A stretch of 50,473 nucleotides of DNA from Caulobacteraceae bacterium (lineage in GTDB: Bacteria > Pseudomonadota > Alphaproteobacteria > Caulobacterales > Caulobacteraceae). Within the stretch, counting starts at the first letter, position 1. Every line of letters begins with the position of its first letter. Shown in pieces: positions 1 to 10,460 of the stretch. The notes under the pieces were generated by a model. The model did not search any database. It was not told the DNA's origin and saw only the letters and a program-made list of their open reading frames with translations. A program made the translations under genes and the position numbers. The stretch lies in the NCBI GenBank assembly GCA_050729395.1, contig JBOHLC010000198.1, forward strand, positions 1 to 50,473, read 5' to 3'.

Positions 1-2
1 CC

Positions 3-24
3 CCTCCCCCGTAAACGGGGGAGG
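3..24. repeat. GC-rich hairpin (REP-like palindromic unit or terminator) downstream of hutH
   Basis: CCTCCCCCG-TAAA-CGGGGGAGG: perfect 9-bp stem with 4-nt loop, 28 nt past the hutH stop. It lies at the window edge and may be part of a longer element. Confidence 0.5.
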
Positions 25-51
25 ATTTTAATGCGCGCGGCTTTGCGGGGT

Positions 52-1587
52 TCACTCCACCGCTCCCGGCAAGGGGATGCCGGCCGCGGCGTCGACGATC
101 GAACCCGCGCGCACCAGGGCGATGGCGGCGTCGAGGTCGGGATGGATGAAGCGATCGTCCTCCAGCGTCGCAACCCTCTCCCGCAAGGCGGCGCGCGCCG
201 CTTCCAGCGCCACGCTCGAAGTCAACGGCCGGTGGAAGTCGCACCCCTGGGCGGCGGCCAGCAGCTCTATGCCGACGATGGAAAAGACGTTGTCGATCAT
301 CGGCATGAGCCGGCGCGCGCCGTGCGCGGCCATGGACACATGGTCCTCCTGATTGGCGCTGGTCGGGATGGAATCGATGCTCGCCGGGTGGGCGCGCTGC
401 TTGTTTTCCGCCACCAGGGCGGCGGCGGTCACCTGGGCGATCATCAGGCCGGAGTTGAGGCCGGGCCGGGGGGTGAGGAACGCCGGCAGACCGGAGAGCG
501 CCGGGTCGGTCAGCATGGCCACGCGCCGCTCGGCCAGGGAGCCGATCTCGCACAGGGCCAGGGCGATCATGTCGGCGGCGAAGGCCACAGGCTCGGCGTG
601 GAAGTTGCCGCCGCTCAGCGCCTCGTCGTCGCCGGCGAAGATCAGCGGATTGTCAGTCACCCCGTTGGCCTCGACCGCCAGGGTCTGCGCCGCCTGGCGC
701 AGGATGGTGAGCGCCGCGCCCATCACCTGCGGCTGGCAGCGCAGGCAGTAGGGGTCCTGCACCCGCGCGTCGCCGACGAGGTGCGAGGCGCGGATGGCCG
801 AGCCGGCCATGAGCGCCCGCAGGGCCGCCGCCGTCTCGATCTGGCCGGCGTGGCCTCTGAGGGCGTGGATGCGCGCGTCGAACGGCGTGTCGGCCCCCTT
901 TGCCGCCTCGGTGGCCAGCGCCCCGGTGACCAGCGCCGAGCGGAACAGGGTCTCGGCCTCGAACAGGGCCGTGAGCGCATAGGCGGTGGAGAACTGCGTG
1001 CCGTTGAGCAGCGCCAGCCCTTCCTTCGGGCCGAGTTCGAGCGGCGACAGGCCGGCGTCGGCGAGGGCCTTGCCGGCGGGAAGGCGCTGCTCGCCGACCA
1101 GGACCTCGCCCGCGCCGATCATGGCCGCCGCCATGTGGGCCAGGGGCGCGAGGTCGCCCGAGGCGCCGACCGAGCCCTGGGCAGGGATGACCGGGGTCAG
1201 GCGCTTGGCCAGCATGGCTTCGATCAGGCTGGTCGTCGCGGGCTTGACCCCCGAGGCGCCGCGCGCCAGGCCGGCGAGCTTGAGCGCCATCATCAGCCGG
1301 ACGATCGGCGCCGGCATGGCCTCGCCGACCCCGGCGGCGTGCGAGAGGACGAGATTGGTCTGCAGGCGCGCCAGGTCGGCGGCCTCGATGCGCACGCTGG
1401 CCAGCTTGCCAAAGCCGGTATTGACCCCATAGACCGCCTCGCCGCGGGCCAGCAGGCGCTCGACGGCCTGGGCCGAGGCGGCGATGGCCGGTGCGCAGGC
1501 CGGGTCCAGCCTGACCTCCGCGCCGCGCCAGACGTCGCGCCACTCAGCGAGGCTCACCTCGCCGGGCCTGAGGACCACGGTGTTCAT
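52..1587 (-). CDS. hutH: Histidine ammonia-lyase
   Basis: [11 protein letters not shown]-forming [44 protein letters not shown] and NQEDHVSM motifs. The ATG at 1587 overlaps the hutI stop (ATGA). Confidence 0.97.
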   Translation of the reverse strand: MNTVVLRPGEVSLAEWRDVWRGAEVRLDPACAPAIAASAQAVERLLARGEAVYGVNTGFGKLASVRIEAADLARLQTNLVLSHAAGVGEAMPAPIVRLMMALKLAGLARGASGVKPATTSLIEAMLAKRLTPVIPAQGSVGASGDLAPLAHMAAAMIGAGEVLVGEQRLPAGKALADAGLSPLELGPKEGLALLNGTQFSTAYALTALFEAETLFRSALVTGALATEAAKGADTPFDARIHALRGHAGQIETAAALRALMAGSAIRASHLVGDARVQDPYCLRCQPQVMGAALTILRQAAQTLAVEANGVTDNPLIFAGDDEALSGGNFHAEPVAFAADMIALALCEIGSLAERRVAMLTDPALSGLPAFLTPRPGLNSGLMIAQVTAAALVAENKQRAHPASIDSIPTSANQEDHVSMAAHGARRLMPMIDNVFSIVGIELLAAAQGCDFHRPLTSSVALEAARAALRERVATLEDDRFIHPDLDAAIALVRAGSIVDAAAGIPLPGAVE

Positions 1588-2789
1588 CGTCCCCTCCAGA
1601 CGCGCGCGTGGAGCGGATTGGCCCCCATCCAGTAGACGAGCTCGGCCGGCTGGCCGATGTCCCATATGGCCAGGTCGCACCATTTGCCGGCTTCCAGTGA
1701 ACCGGTTTCCGCCGCCAGTCCGAGCGCGCGGGCGGCGTTGCGGGTGACTCCGGCCAGGCACTCTTCGACGCTCATGCGGAACAGCGTCGCGGCCAGGTTC
1801 ATCACCATCAGCGGCGAGGTCAGCGGCGAGGTGCCCGGATTGCAGTCGGTGGCCAGGGCCATGGGCACGCCCAGCCGGCGCAGGGTATCGACGGGCGGAG
1901 CGCGGGTTTCGCGGGTGAAGTAGTAGGCGCCGGGGAGCAGGGTGGCGATGGTCCCGGCGCGGGCCATGGCCGCCGCGCCGTCCTCGTCGAGGTGCTCGAG
2001 GTGGTCGGCCGACAGCGCGCCGAATTCGGCGGCCAGTGCCGCGCCATGCAGGTTGGAGAGCTGCTCGGCGTGCAGCTTGACCGGCAGGCCGTGGGCGCGG
2101 GCGGCCTCGAAAACGCGGCGCACCTCGGCGGGCGAAAAGCCGATCCCCTCGCAGAAGGCGTCGACCGCGTCGGCCAGGCCGGAGGCGGCGATGGCGGGGA
2201 TCATCTCGTTGCACAGAAGATCGATATATCTGCTTGAGTTATTGGCGAATTCCGACGGCAGGGCGTGCGCGCCGAGGAAGGTCGTGGCGACGCTCACCTC
2301 GCGACGGCGGCCAAGCTCGCGGGCCGCTTCGAGCTGGCGCGTCTCAGCTTCGAGCGTCAGGCCATAACCTGACTTCACCTCCACCGTGGTCACCCCCTCG
2401 GCCATGAGCCGATCGAGGCGGGTGAGCGCGCACGCCACCAACTCCTCGACGCTGGCGGCGCGGGTGGCCCTGACCGTGGAAAGGATCCCGCCACCTTCGC
2501 GAGCGATGGCTTCGTAGCTCTCGCCTGTCAGCCGGCGCTCGAACTCGCTCGCCCGGTCGCCGGCGAAGACGAGGTGGGTGTGGCAGTCGATCAGGCCCGG
2601 CGTGATCCACCGGCCTTCGCAGTCGACGATGCTCGCCGCGTCGAGGTCCGGCGCGTCGGCTTCCGGCCCCGAATAGATGATCCGGCCGGCCTGGCAGGCG
2701 ACGCGGCCGCGCTCGATCTCGCCCAGACCCGGCGCGCCAGCGGCCAGCGTCGCCAGGCCCGCGTTTCGCCAGATCGCATCGCACAGCAT
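1584..2789 (-). CDS. hutI: Imidazolonepropionase
   Basis: [45 protein letters not shown] and ATDCNPG motifs. Start taken at MLCDAIW, below the operator. Confidence 0.96.
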   Translation of the reverse strand: MLCDAIWRNAGLATLAAGAPGLGEIERGRVACQAGRIIYSGPEADAPDLDAASIVDCEGRWITPGLIDCHTHLVFAGDRASEFERRLTGESYEAIAREGGGILSTVRATRAASVEELVACALTRLDRLMAEGVTTVEVKSGYGLTLEAETRQLEAARELGRRREVSVATTFLGAHALPSEFANNSSRYIDLLCNEMIPAIAASGLADAVDAFCEGIGFSPAEVRRVFEAARAHGLPVKLHAEQLSNLHGAALAAEFGALSADHLEHLDEDGAAAMARAGTIATLLPGAYYFTRETRAPPVDTLRRLGVPMALATDCNPGTSPLTSPLMVMNLAATLFRMSVEECLAGVTRNAARALGLAAETGSLEAGKWCDLAIWDIGQPAELVYWMGANPLHARVWRGR

Positions 2790-2816
2790 GGCGCGGATGC
2801 TTGGCCTGCCGGCGTT

Positions 2817-2834
2817 ATTATGTCTAGACATAAT
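2817..2834. promoter_or_regulatory. HutC operator palindrome between divergent hutI and hutF
   Basis: Perfect 18-bp palindrome ATTATGTCTAGACATAAT. The TGT-N4-ACA core resembles known HutC/GntR sites, and hutC is in the cluster. Confidence 0.85.
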
Positions 2835-2836
2835 GC

Positions 2837-4180
2837 ATGGCCGACCTGTGGTTCGAGACCGCTCTGCTGCCCGCGGGCTGGGCCAGGCGCGTGCGCCTGA
2901 CCGTCGAGGCCGGCCTGATCTCGGCCGTCGAGACCGGCGCCGACCGCCAGACCGGCGACGAAGCCGGCGACATCGGCCTGCCGGGCATGGGCAATGTCCA
3001 CAGCCACGCTTTCCAGCGGGCCATGGCCGGGCTGGCCGAGACCCGCTCGCCGGCCGGCGAGGACTTCTGGAGCTGGCGCGAGGTCATGTTCCGCTTCGTC
3101 GCGCGGCTGAGCCCGGAGGACGTCGAGGCGATCGCCGCCCAGGCTTTCGCCGAGATGCTCGCCGCAGGGTTCACCCGTGTCGGTGAATTCCACTATCTTC
3201 ACAACGGCCTGGATGGGACTCCTTACTCAAATCCGGCGGAAATGGCCGAGCGGATCGCGGCCGCGGCGGCGGCGAGCGGCATCGGCCTGACCCTCCTGCC
3301 GGTGTACTACGCCCACGGCGGCTTCGGCGGCCAGGCGATCGGAGCCAGACAAGCACGGTTCAGGAAGTCGATTGCCGACTATGAGCAGCTCATCAGCAGT
3401 TCAAAAGCAGTCGTTGAGGGGTTGCCGGACGGCCGATTGGGCGTCGCTCCGCACAGCCTGCGCGCGGTCACGCCGGACGAGCTGGCCGCGATCGTCCCGC
3501 TCGCCGCCGGCGGTCCGATCCACATCCACGTGGCCGAGCAGACGGCCGAGATCGACGCCTGCCTCGCCGCGCTCGGCGCCCGCCCGGTCGCCTGGCTGCT
3601 GGACCATGCCAGCCTCGATGCCCGTTGGTGCCTGGTCCACGCCACCCATATGGACGCGGCCGAGACTGCCCGCCTGGCGGCCAGCGGCGCGGTCGCGGGT
3701 CTCTGCCCGATCACCGAGGCCAATCTCGGCGACGGCCTCTTTCCCATCGCGCCATACCTCGCGGCCGGCGGCGCGTTCGGCATCGGCAGCGACTCCAATG
3801 TGCGTATCGACCTGGCCGAGGAGTTGCGCACCCTGGAGTATGGCCAGAGGCTGGCGCGGCGGGCGCGCGGCGTGGCCGGCTCTGGCGCGGAGCTCTTCAA
3901 GGCCGCGCTCGCCGGCGGCGCGCGGGCGCTGGGCGAGACCCATCGCGGGATCGAGATTGGCGCGTCGGCCGACCTCGTCGCTCTGGACGCAAGCCATCCG
4001 GCGCTGGCGGCGCGCGCGGGGGACGCCTTGCTGGACGGCTGGGTGTTCGCCGCCGGGCGCGAGGCGGTGAAGACAATCTGGCGCCGGGGCGAGAAGGTGG
4101 TCGCGGACGGTCGCCACGTGCGCGGCGAGGCCATCGCCGCCCGCTACCGCGCCACCCTCGCCAGGATCCTGATGCGATGA
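2837..4180 (+). CDS. hutF: Formimidoylglutamate deiminase
   Basis: [60 protein letters not shown] and GSDSN motifs. Confidence 0.96.
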   Translation: MADLWFETALLPAGWARRVRLTVEAGLISAVETGADRQTGDEAGDIGLPGMGNVHSHAFQRAMAGLAETRSPAGEDFWSWREVMFRFVARLSPEDVEAIAAQAFAEMLAAGFTRVGEFHYLHNGLDGTPYSNPAEMAERIAAAAAASGIGLTLLPVYYAHGGFGGQAIGARQARFRKSIADYEQLISSSKAVVEGLPDGRLGVAPHSLRAVTPDELAAIVPLAAGGPIHIHVAEQTAEIDACLAALGARPVAWLLDHASLDARWCLVHATHMDAAETARLAASGAVAGLCPITEANLGDGLFPIAPYLAAGGAFGIGSDSNVRIDLAEELRTLEYGQRLARRARGVAGSGAELFKAALAGGARALGETHRGIEIGASADLVALDASHPALAARAGDALLDGWVFAAGREAVKTIWRRGEKVVADGRHVRGEAIAARYRATLARILMR

Positions 4181-4887
4181 AGCCGCCGGCCCTGCACGCG
4201 CGCATCACCGCCGACCTCGCCGGCGAAATCGCCTCCGGCGCCTGGCCGCCCGGCCACCGCATCCCCTTCGAGCACGAGTTGATGGCGCGCTACGGCTGCG
4301 CCCGGGCGACGGCGGGCAAGGCCGTGCACGCCCTGGCGGTACAGGGGCTGGTGGAGCGGCGGCGCAAGGCCGGCACCTTCGTCGCCGCGCCGCATCTCGT
4401 CTCGGCCGTGCTCGAAATCCCCGACATCCGCGCCGCGATCGAGGCGCGCTGCCAAGCCTACCGCTGGATGCGGCTGGCGCGGCGCCTTCGCCGGCCGCAC
4501 CCCGAAGGCGAGGAGGGGCCGCTGGCGCCTAAGGGGCCCTTGCTGGAGGTGAGCGGCGTGCACTATGCCGCCGGCGCGCCCTTCGCCCACGAGGCGCGGC
4601 TGATCGACCTGGCGGAGGTCCCGGCCGCGGCCGGGGAAGAGTTCGGGCAGATCGCGCCGGGCGCCTGGCTCCTGGCGCATGTGGCGTGGAGCCGGGCGCG
4701 GCATGAGATCTCGGCCACCAATCCCGATCTCGACACGGCCGAGGCCCTGCGCATCCCGCGCACCCGCGCCTGCCTCGTTCTCAAGCGTTGGACCTGGCGC
4801 GGCGAGGCCGGTGTCACCTTCGCGCGCCAGACCTTTCCCTCGGGCCTGATGGACCTCACCGCCGCCTTCGCGCCCGGCCCCGCCTGA
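4177..4887 (+). CDS. hutC: Histidine utilisation repressor (GntR wHTH + UTRA)
   Basis: GAWPPGHRIPFEHELMARYGCARAT...GLVERRRKAGTFV N-terminus with a UTRA-like C-terminus. ATGA overlap with the hutF stop. Confidence 0.93.
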   Translation: MKPPALHARITADLAGEIASGAWPPGHRIPFEHELMARYGCARATAGKAVHALAVQGLVERRRKAGTFVAAPHLVSAVLEIPDIRAAIEARCQAYRWMRLARRLRRPHPEGEEGPLAPKGPLLEVSGVHYAAGAPFAHEARLIDLAEVPAAAGEEFGQIAPGAWLLAHVAWSRARHEISATNPDLDTAEALRIPRTRACLVLKRWTWRGEAGVTFARQTFPSGLMDLTAAFAPGPA

Positions 4888-4981
4888 CGCTTTCGCCGAA
4901 TTGGCGCCACGGATTTGGTGACCCGCGCTCAGTTCGTGCTACATTTCGGCCCCGATGCGGACGAGTCTTGAGAAGTCGCCA

Positions 4982-5416
4982 ATGGGATGGCGCCTGATCG
5001 GCTGCGCGCTCGCCCTGACGGTCGCGGCGAGCGTGGGTCCGGCTGTTGGCAAGCCGGCGCCCAAGGAAGGGCCGGGCGTGACCACGCTCGAGCCGCCGGC
5101 CGGCGACGGCTGGCGCCTGAGCGAGGACCCGAACGAGCCGTTCACCCCGGTCGGGATCATCGGCGGCCACGGTCAGAACGCCGATTCCGATCTGGACAAT
5201 CCGGTGGCCATGGCCGGGCCGCCGACCGATGTGAAGGCGCCGCCGGCCGGCGACGCGCCAAGGACCACGGCGCCGGCCAAGAGCGCGATGGGCTGGCTGC
5301 CGGAGCCAGCGACCTGGGTGCTGCTGCTGATCGGCCTGGCGATGATCGGCTTCGCCCTACGGGGCCTGGTGGCTGCCCGGCGCCGCCTGACGAAGCTCGA
5401 GAACCTCGATTCGTGA
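4982..5416 (+). CDS. Small Pro/Ala-rich PEPxxWA-CTERM sorting domain protein
   Basis: Signal-like N-terminus (LIGCALALTVAASVGPA) and C-terminal LPEPATW + hydrophobic helix + RRR. Alternative start at 4955. Confidence 0.8.
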   Translation: MGWRLIGCALALTVAASVGPAVGKPAPKEGPGVTTLEPPAGDGWRLSEDPNEPFTPVGIIGGHGQNADSDLDNPVAMAGPPTDVKAPPAGDAPRTTAPAKSAMGWLPEPATWVLLLIGLAMIGFALRGLVAARRRLTKLENLDS

Positions 5417-5419
5417 GGC

Positions 5420-6853
5420 CTATTCCGCCGCCGCCGCGGCGGCGCGCGCTGCCAGTGCCTCGAGCGTCTCGGCGTGGCTGGCCCGGGTGATCTTGTAGCC
5501 CATCATCAGGGTAAACCCGGCGACATAGAGCGCCGCATAGATCGGCGCGTAAGTAAGGGCCAGGTGAGTGAGGACGCTCGCCGGCACGTTGCCCGGGGCC
5601 ACGCCGACCGGAAAATTGATGAGCCCCAGGACGCCGCTCGCGGCAAAGATGCCGGCGCCCGAAACCGCTTTGGAGATCATGATCGAGGCCGAAAAATAGA
5701 CTCCCTCGGCGCGCCGACCGGTCTTCAACTCGCCATCCTCGACCACATCGGCGATCATCGCCGAAACCATGGTCGCCCCGGCGATGCCGAACGACACCGA
5801 AATGATCGACTGGGCGAAGACGATGTAGAACAGCGCCTCGCTGTGGTTGGGCGGCATCAGGTGCGCCAGGCGCAGCATCATCGGCGTCAGGCCGACCACG
5901 ACCGAAAGCGTCACGGCGCCGATGGCCGAGGCGCGCTTGCCGAACAGGCGCGAGGCCAACGGCGCCAGGGCGAGGGCGGCGAACGCCGAAACCAGGACGC
6001 CCGCCGCCAGAAACGAAATCTGCTTCGAGCTGAAGCCCCAGAAATAGGTGTTGAAATAGAAATTCATCGACGCCGCCAGGCCCGCGGCCATCGACGTCGC
6101 CACGCCCGACAGGGTGAGGAACAGGAACGAGCGGTGTGACCAGGTGGCGACGATTTCGCGCGCCATGGCGGCGAGGCCGATCTTGCGCACGGGTACCTGA
6201 CGCAGGGTCTTGATGCGGTCGTGGGTGCCAGCGGTGGAAATCAATATGGCCGCGAGCATCATCCCCGCGCCCAGGAGGCCGTAGCGCGAGAAGCCGACCG
6301 GATTGGTCTGGCCGACCGGGTGGTGAGCGTCGGGGACCAGCAGGAAGCGGAAGGCAATGATGTAAAGGACGAGGCCGCCGATCCATCCGAAGAAATAGCG
6401 GTAGCTCAACAGCACAGTGCGCTCGTCGTAGCCCTGACTCAGCTCGGCGGCCAAAGCGGAACTCGGCACTTCATAGACGCTGATGAATGTGCGGATGAGC
6501 ACGGCCACGGCCACGAGATAGAAGAACAGCACCGTGTGCGAGGCGTGCGGCGGGTTCCACAGCAGCAGATAGGAGACGGCCACCGGCAGGGCGGCGGCGT
6601 ACATGAACGGATGCCGCCGGCCCCAGCGCGAGCGCCAGTGATCGCTCACCTGGCCGATGATCGGGTCCATCAGCGCATCGCAGGTCATCGCCACCAGGAT
6701 CGCCAGGCCGACGAGCGGCGCCGAGAGACCGACTACCTGGTTGTAGAAGGGCAGCAGCAGATAGGAAAAGCCGTTGTCCTTGACGCCGAAGGCGACGGTG
6801 CCGAAGCCGTAGAACAGCTTGGTCCGGAAGTTGAGCGGCGGCGGCTTGATCAA
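5420..6853 (-). CDS. GPH/MelB-family MFS sugar:cation symporter
   Basis: DALMDPIIGQVSDHWRSRWGRRHPF, ELSQGYDERT and MIADVVED...TGRRAEG motifs; many TM segments; TTG start with AAGGA upstream. Confidence 0.88.
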   Translation of the reverse strand: MIKPPPLNFRTKLFYGFGTVAFGVKDNGFSYLLLPFYNQVVGLSAPLVGLAILVAMTCDALMDPIIGQVSDHWRSRWGRRHPFMYAAALPVAVSYLLLWNPPHASHTVLFFYLVAVAVLIRTFISVYEVPSSALAAELSQGYDERTVLLSYRYFFGWIGGLVLYIIAFRFLLVPDAHHPVGQTNPVGFSRYGLLGAGMMLAAILISTAGTHDRIKTLRQVPVRKIGLAAMAREIVATWSHRSFLFLTLSGVATSMAAGLAASMNFYFNTYFWGFSSKQISFLAAGVLVSAFAALALAPLASRLFGKRASAIGAVTLSVVVGLTPMMLRLAHLMPPNHSEALFYIVFAQSIISVSFGIAGATMVSAMIADVVEDGELKTGRRAEGVYFSASIMISKAVSGAGIFAASGVLGLINFPVGVAPGNVPASVLTHLALTYAPIYAALYVAGFTLMMGYKITRASHAETLEALAARAAAAAAE

Positions 6854-6966
6854 TGGGGCGTCCTTGGCTGCGCCGGCAATGTCGGCTGGCGCCGCCTAAG
6901 GATCAATGGGCTTTCGGTTATGCCCGCCACGTTGACTGAGCGCTCGCGGCGCGGTCAGAGTCGCGC

Positions 6967-8238
6967 TTATCTCCCAGCCGCGCCGACCACCAGCGCGCCG
7001 CCGGAGACCAGGCGGCAGTAGGTGGCGACCCACAGGTAGCAGGCCACGGGGACGAAGAGGGCGAGGCTCAGGCCAAGTCGGTCGGCGGCGAAGCCGGTGG
7101 CCAGCGGCGCGGCCGCGCCACCGACGATGGCCAGGCATAGCAGGCCCGAGGCGGCGGGCGTCGCCTCGCCGAGTCCCTCGATGGCCAGGGTGAAGATGGT
7201 CGGGAACTGGATCGAGTTGAACAGGCCGACGGCGAGGATGGCGATCGCCGCCAGCGGACCGCCGGCCAGGGCCGCCGTCGCGGCCAGCGCGGCTGAGCCC
7301 AGGGCGCATCCGGTCAGGACGGCGCCCGCCGGAAGTCCGCGCAGCAGCCACGCGCCCGCGAACCGGCCGACCATGGCCAGGCCCCAGTAGACGCTGATCA
7401 GCTGGCCGGCCTGACGCATGGCGAGCCCGAGGACCTTGGGCGACATCAGGAAGTTGGCGATCGAGCTGCCGATGGCCACCTCCGCCCCGACGTAGGTGAA
7501 GATGGCGATCGCGCCCAGCACCACGCGCGGGCGGCCGAACAGGTGGGCGAAGCCGGCCCCGGGGCGCGCCGCAAGGGGTCCAGCCCAGCGGCGGGCGAGC
7601 CAGCACAGGAGGGCGAACACGGCGAGGGACGCGGCGATTATCAGGAACGGCCCTTGGACCGTCTGGGCCTCGTGCACGCGCAGGGCGGCAAGGGCGGCGG
7701 GCGCCAGCCTCCCCGGATCGGGCATGGGCGCCGCGTGGCCGAGGATGAAGAAGGCGCCGAACTGTGGGGCCAGCATGGTGGCGACGGAGTTGAACGCCTG
7801 CGCCAGGGTCAGCCGCGCGGAAGCCTTCGCCGGGTCGCCGAGATTGGCGGCCAGGGGATTGGCCGCCACCTGCACGGTGGTGACGCCGCTGGCCAGTATG
7901 AAAAGGGCGCCGAGGAAGGCGGGGTAGCTGCCCGCGTCCGCCGCCGGGGTGAAGAGGACGCAGCCGGCGCTCATCACCACCAGCCCGACGACGACAGTGC
8001 GCATATAGCCGATGGCGCCGACCAGCCAGCCGGCCGGCCCGGAGACGAGAAAGAAGGCCAGGAAGAAGCACGACTGGGTGAGCATCACCTCGGCGTAGGA
8101 GAGGTGAAACAGGCCCTTCAGCTTGGGAATGAGCGTGTCCACCAGGACGGTGCAGAAGCCGAAGGCGAAGAACAGCCCCATCATCAGGCCAAGCAGCGGC
8201 CGCTCGCGGACGCCGCCGGCGGGGTCCCTGGCCCCCAT
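6967..8238 (-). CDS. FucP/GluP-family glucose/galactose/fucose MFS permease
   Basis: LIPKLKGLFHLS, QVAANP, RLTLAQAFNS, YVGAEVAIGS and NSIQFPTIFTLA motifs. Confidence 0.9.
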   Translation of the reverse strand: MGARDPAGGVRERPLLGLMMGLFFAFGFCTVLVDTLIPKLKGLFHLSYAEVMLTQSCFFLAFFLVSGPAGWLVGAIGYMRTVVVGLVVMSAGCVLFTPAADAGSYPAFLGALFILASGVTTVQVAANPLAANLGDPAKASARLTLAQAFNSVATMLAPQFGAFFILGHAAPMPDPGRLAPAALAALRVHEAQTVQGPFLIIAASLAVFALLCWLARRWAGPLAARPGAGFAHLFGRPRVVLGAIAIFTYVGAEVAIGSSIANFLMSPKVLGLAMRQAGQLISVYWGLAMVGRFAGAWLLRGLPAGAVLTGCALGSAALAATAALAGGPLAAIAILAVGLFNSIQFPTIFTLAIEGLGEATPAASGLLCLAIVGGAAAPLATGFAADRLGLSLALFVPVACYLWVATYCRLVSGGALVVGAAGR

Positions 8239-8256
8239 CTCTCGACCGCCGCCTGG

Positions 8257-9291
8257 CTATCGCCGGGTGAAGTTCGCCAGGTGGCTGGCCGTATCGCGGC
8301 TGATATCGGGGCAGGCGATGGCGAAGATCTCCGTGCCGTGGATCGTGCCCATCACCTGACGGCAGCGGGCGGGAACACCGGCGCGCAGCAACAGACGATA
8401 GAACTCGAGTCCCTCGTCGCGCAGCGGGTCGCACTCGTTGACGCTGATCACCGTCGGCGGGAACCCCTTGACGTCGGCTTCCGTGGCGAAGCCGGGCCAG
8501 GCAAGAGGGTCGCGCGCCTCGAGCGCGTCGATGCCATAGGCCATGGCGCCGCGGTTGTTATGCAGATCGAGCAGAATGCCATTGTTTTCGGTCGAGGACG
8601 GATAACGGTCCTGCGGCCACCTTCCGGCGATGTAGGGGCACAAGGCGTAGAGGCCTTTGATCAGCTTGAGTTCGCCGTCGCGCTTCAGCTTCAGACCGAG
8701 CGCCAGGGTGAGGTTGCCGCCGCCGCTTTCGCCGGCCACGACGATCCGGTCGGGGTCGATGTGAAGGGCGTCGGCATGAGCCTTGACCCATTTCAGGCCG
8801 CTGACGCAGTCGTTGAGGCCGGCGGGATAGGGCGCGACCTCGGGAGCGGAGGAGGCCCGCTGGCAGTTGCGGAAATCGACCATGGCCACGGCCACGCCCT
8901 CGCGGGCGATGATCCGGCCCCAGGCGCGGTACATGCCGTCGAAGGCCGACATGGAGGCCATGCCGCCGCCGTGGATGTAGTAGACGCAAGGCAGGCGCTC
9001 CTCGCCCGCGGGGCGGATCAGCTGCAACTTGATCTCGTTGCCGTCGGGCTGGGAGATGAAGGTCTCGGTACGGGTGACCAGGCCGGCCGAGGGGGCGACC
9101 TGTTCGTTATCCATCATGGCCATCATGGCCGCGGCGCCAGCGGCGCGCGCCTGACCGGCGGGAGAGGCTTCCTCGGCCAGGATCTCCTCGCGGCTGGCGG
9201 CGTCCTTCATCGGCTGCTGCGGCGGAAAGCCGGCGAATATCGCCTTGATGCGGGGGTCGATGCGCGGGTCGTCCGCGAGCTTGTTGGCCAT
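8257..9291 (-). CDS. Alpha/beta hydrolase, HSL (family IV) esterase
   Basis: HGGG oxyanion motif, GESGG nucleophile elbow, ECDPLRDEG and C-terminal HG. Start MANKLADD has a GAGGA RBS. Confidence 0.9.
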   Translation of the reverse strand: MANKLADDPRIDPRIKAIFAGFPPQQPMKDAASREEILAEEASPAGQARAAGAAAMMAMMDNEQVAPSAGLVTRTETFISQPDGNEIKLQLIRPAGEERLPCVYYIHGGGMASMSAFDGMYRAWGRIIAREGVAVAMVDFRNCQRASSAPEVAPYPAGLNDCVSGLKWVKAHADALHIDPDRIVVAGESGGGNLTLALGLKLKRDGELKLIKGLYALCPYIAGRWPQDRYPSSTENNGILLDLHNNRGAMAYGIDALEARDPLAWPGFATEADVKGFPPTVISVNECDPLRDEGLEFYRLLLRAGVPARCRQVMGTIHGTEIFAIACPDISRDTASHLANFTRR

Positions 9292-9455
9292 GGGGTTCCT
9301 CGGGTTTGCTCGGGCTTCGATGGCGAGGAATTCGCCGCGAGTCAAAGGCGATCGCGGTCGTCCACTGAACCCCCGATGCAAGGGAAGAGAGCCACGCCTG
9401 AAACCGGCGTCGCCGGTGGGTGTTTGAATGGCTTGGGGCAAATGGAGTGAGCGAC

Positions 9456-10388
9456 ATGAAGGCGGTGCGGATCCATGAATTCGGCGGCGTCGAGGCCCTG
9501 GCCATCGAGGACGTGCCCAAGCCCGCGCCGGCCGAAGGCGAGGTGCTGATCGAGATCCGCGCCGCCAGCGTCAATCCGGTCGACTACAAGATGCGCGAGG
9601 GCAGATACCCGCCGGTCAAGGCCGAGCAGCTGCCGATCACCCTCGGCCGCGACGTGGCCGGGATCGTCACCGAGCTCGGCGAGGGGGTGATGCGCTTCCA
9701 GCCGGGCGAGGCGGTGTTCGCCATGTTGCCGCCGGACCGCGGCGGCTATGCCGAGTGGGTGGCCGCGCCGGCCAAGATCTGCGCCCTCAAACCGGCCCTG
9801 CTGGACATGGTACAGGCCGCGTCGGTCCCGCTAGCGGCGCTGACCGCCTGGCAAGGCCTGTTCACCCACGGCCACCTCGACGCCGGACAGAAGGTGCTGA
9901 TCCACGGCGCGTCCGGCGGCGTCGGCCACTTCGCCGTTCAGCTGGCCCGGGCCAGGGGCGCGGAAGTGTGGGCCACGGCCGCGGGCGAGACGCGCGCTTT
10001 CGTCGAGGGCCTGGGCGCTTACCGCGTGGTCGACTACCACAGCGAGCGGTTCGAGGACGTCGTCCACGACATGGATCTTGTCTACGACCTCATCGGCGGC
10101 GAAACGCAGGACCGCTCCTGGCAAGTTCTGAAACGCGGCGGCGCTCTCGTCTGCACCGTGCAGGCGCCGGACCAGGAGAAGGCCCGCGCGGCCGGCGTTA
10201 CCGCGACCCGCTACACCTGCCAGCCGGACGGCGAGCAGTTGGCCACCATCGCCGGCATGATCGACCGCGGCGAGGTAAGGGTGACCATCGACCGGGTGTT
10301 TCCGCTGAAGGATGCGGCGGAGGCCGAGCGCCACCTTGAGCAGGACCACGTCAAGGGCAAGGTGGTGCTGGAGATCGCGCCCGCTTAA
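9456..10388 (+). CDS. NADP-dependent oxidoreductase (MDR/quinone oxidoreductase-like)
   Basis: MKAVRIHEFGG, AASVNPVDYK, VLIHGASGGVGHFAVQLA and KGKVVL motifs; GGAG RBS. Confidence 0.9.
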   Translation: MKAVRIHEFGGVEALAIEDVPKPAPAEGEVLIEIRAASVNPVDYKMREGRYPPVKAEQLPITLGRDVAGIVTELGEGVMRFQPGEAVFAMLPPDRGGYAEWVAAPAKICALKPALLDMVQAASVPLAALTAWQGLFTHGHLDAGQKVLIHGASGGVGHFAVQLARARGAEVWATAAGETRAFVEGLGAYRVVDYHSERFEDVVHDMDLVYDLIGGETQDRSWQVLKRGGALVCTVQAPDQEKARAAGVTATRYTCQPDGEQLATIAGMIDRGEVRVTIDRVFPLKDAAEAERHLEQDHVKGKVVLEIAPA

Positions 10389-10460
10389 GGTAGGCGGCGT
10401 TCACTTCGCCGCGAGGCGAGGGAACACCCAGAACAGCCAAGGTATTCCCGAAAGCGCATC

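Noticed and set aside
173..190. ACCCTCTCCCGCAAGGCG resembling half of a REP-like palindrome
   Set aside because: It lies inside hutH coding sequence (ALRERVA) and lacks the complementary arm.
31..1635. Long antisense and alternative-frame ORFs (e.g. 31-1635, 7543-9450, 20288-22498, 25436-27151, 32766-34934, 35468-37372)
   Set aside because: These are shadow ORFs expected in high-GC DNA. They overlap well-supported genes and are Arg/Gly/Pro-rich with no motifs.
4900..4920. Sigma54 promoter upstream of the PEP-CTERM gene
   Set aside because: TGGCGC is present but the required GG-N10-GC spacing is not met.
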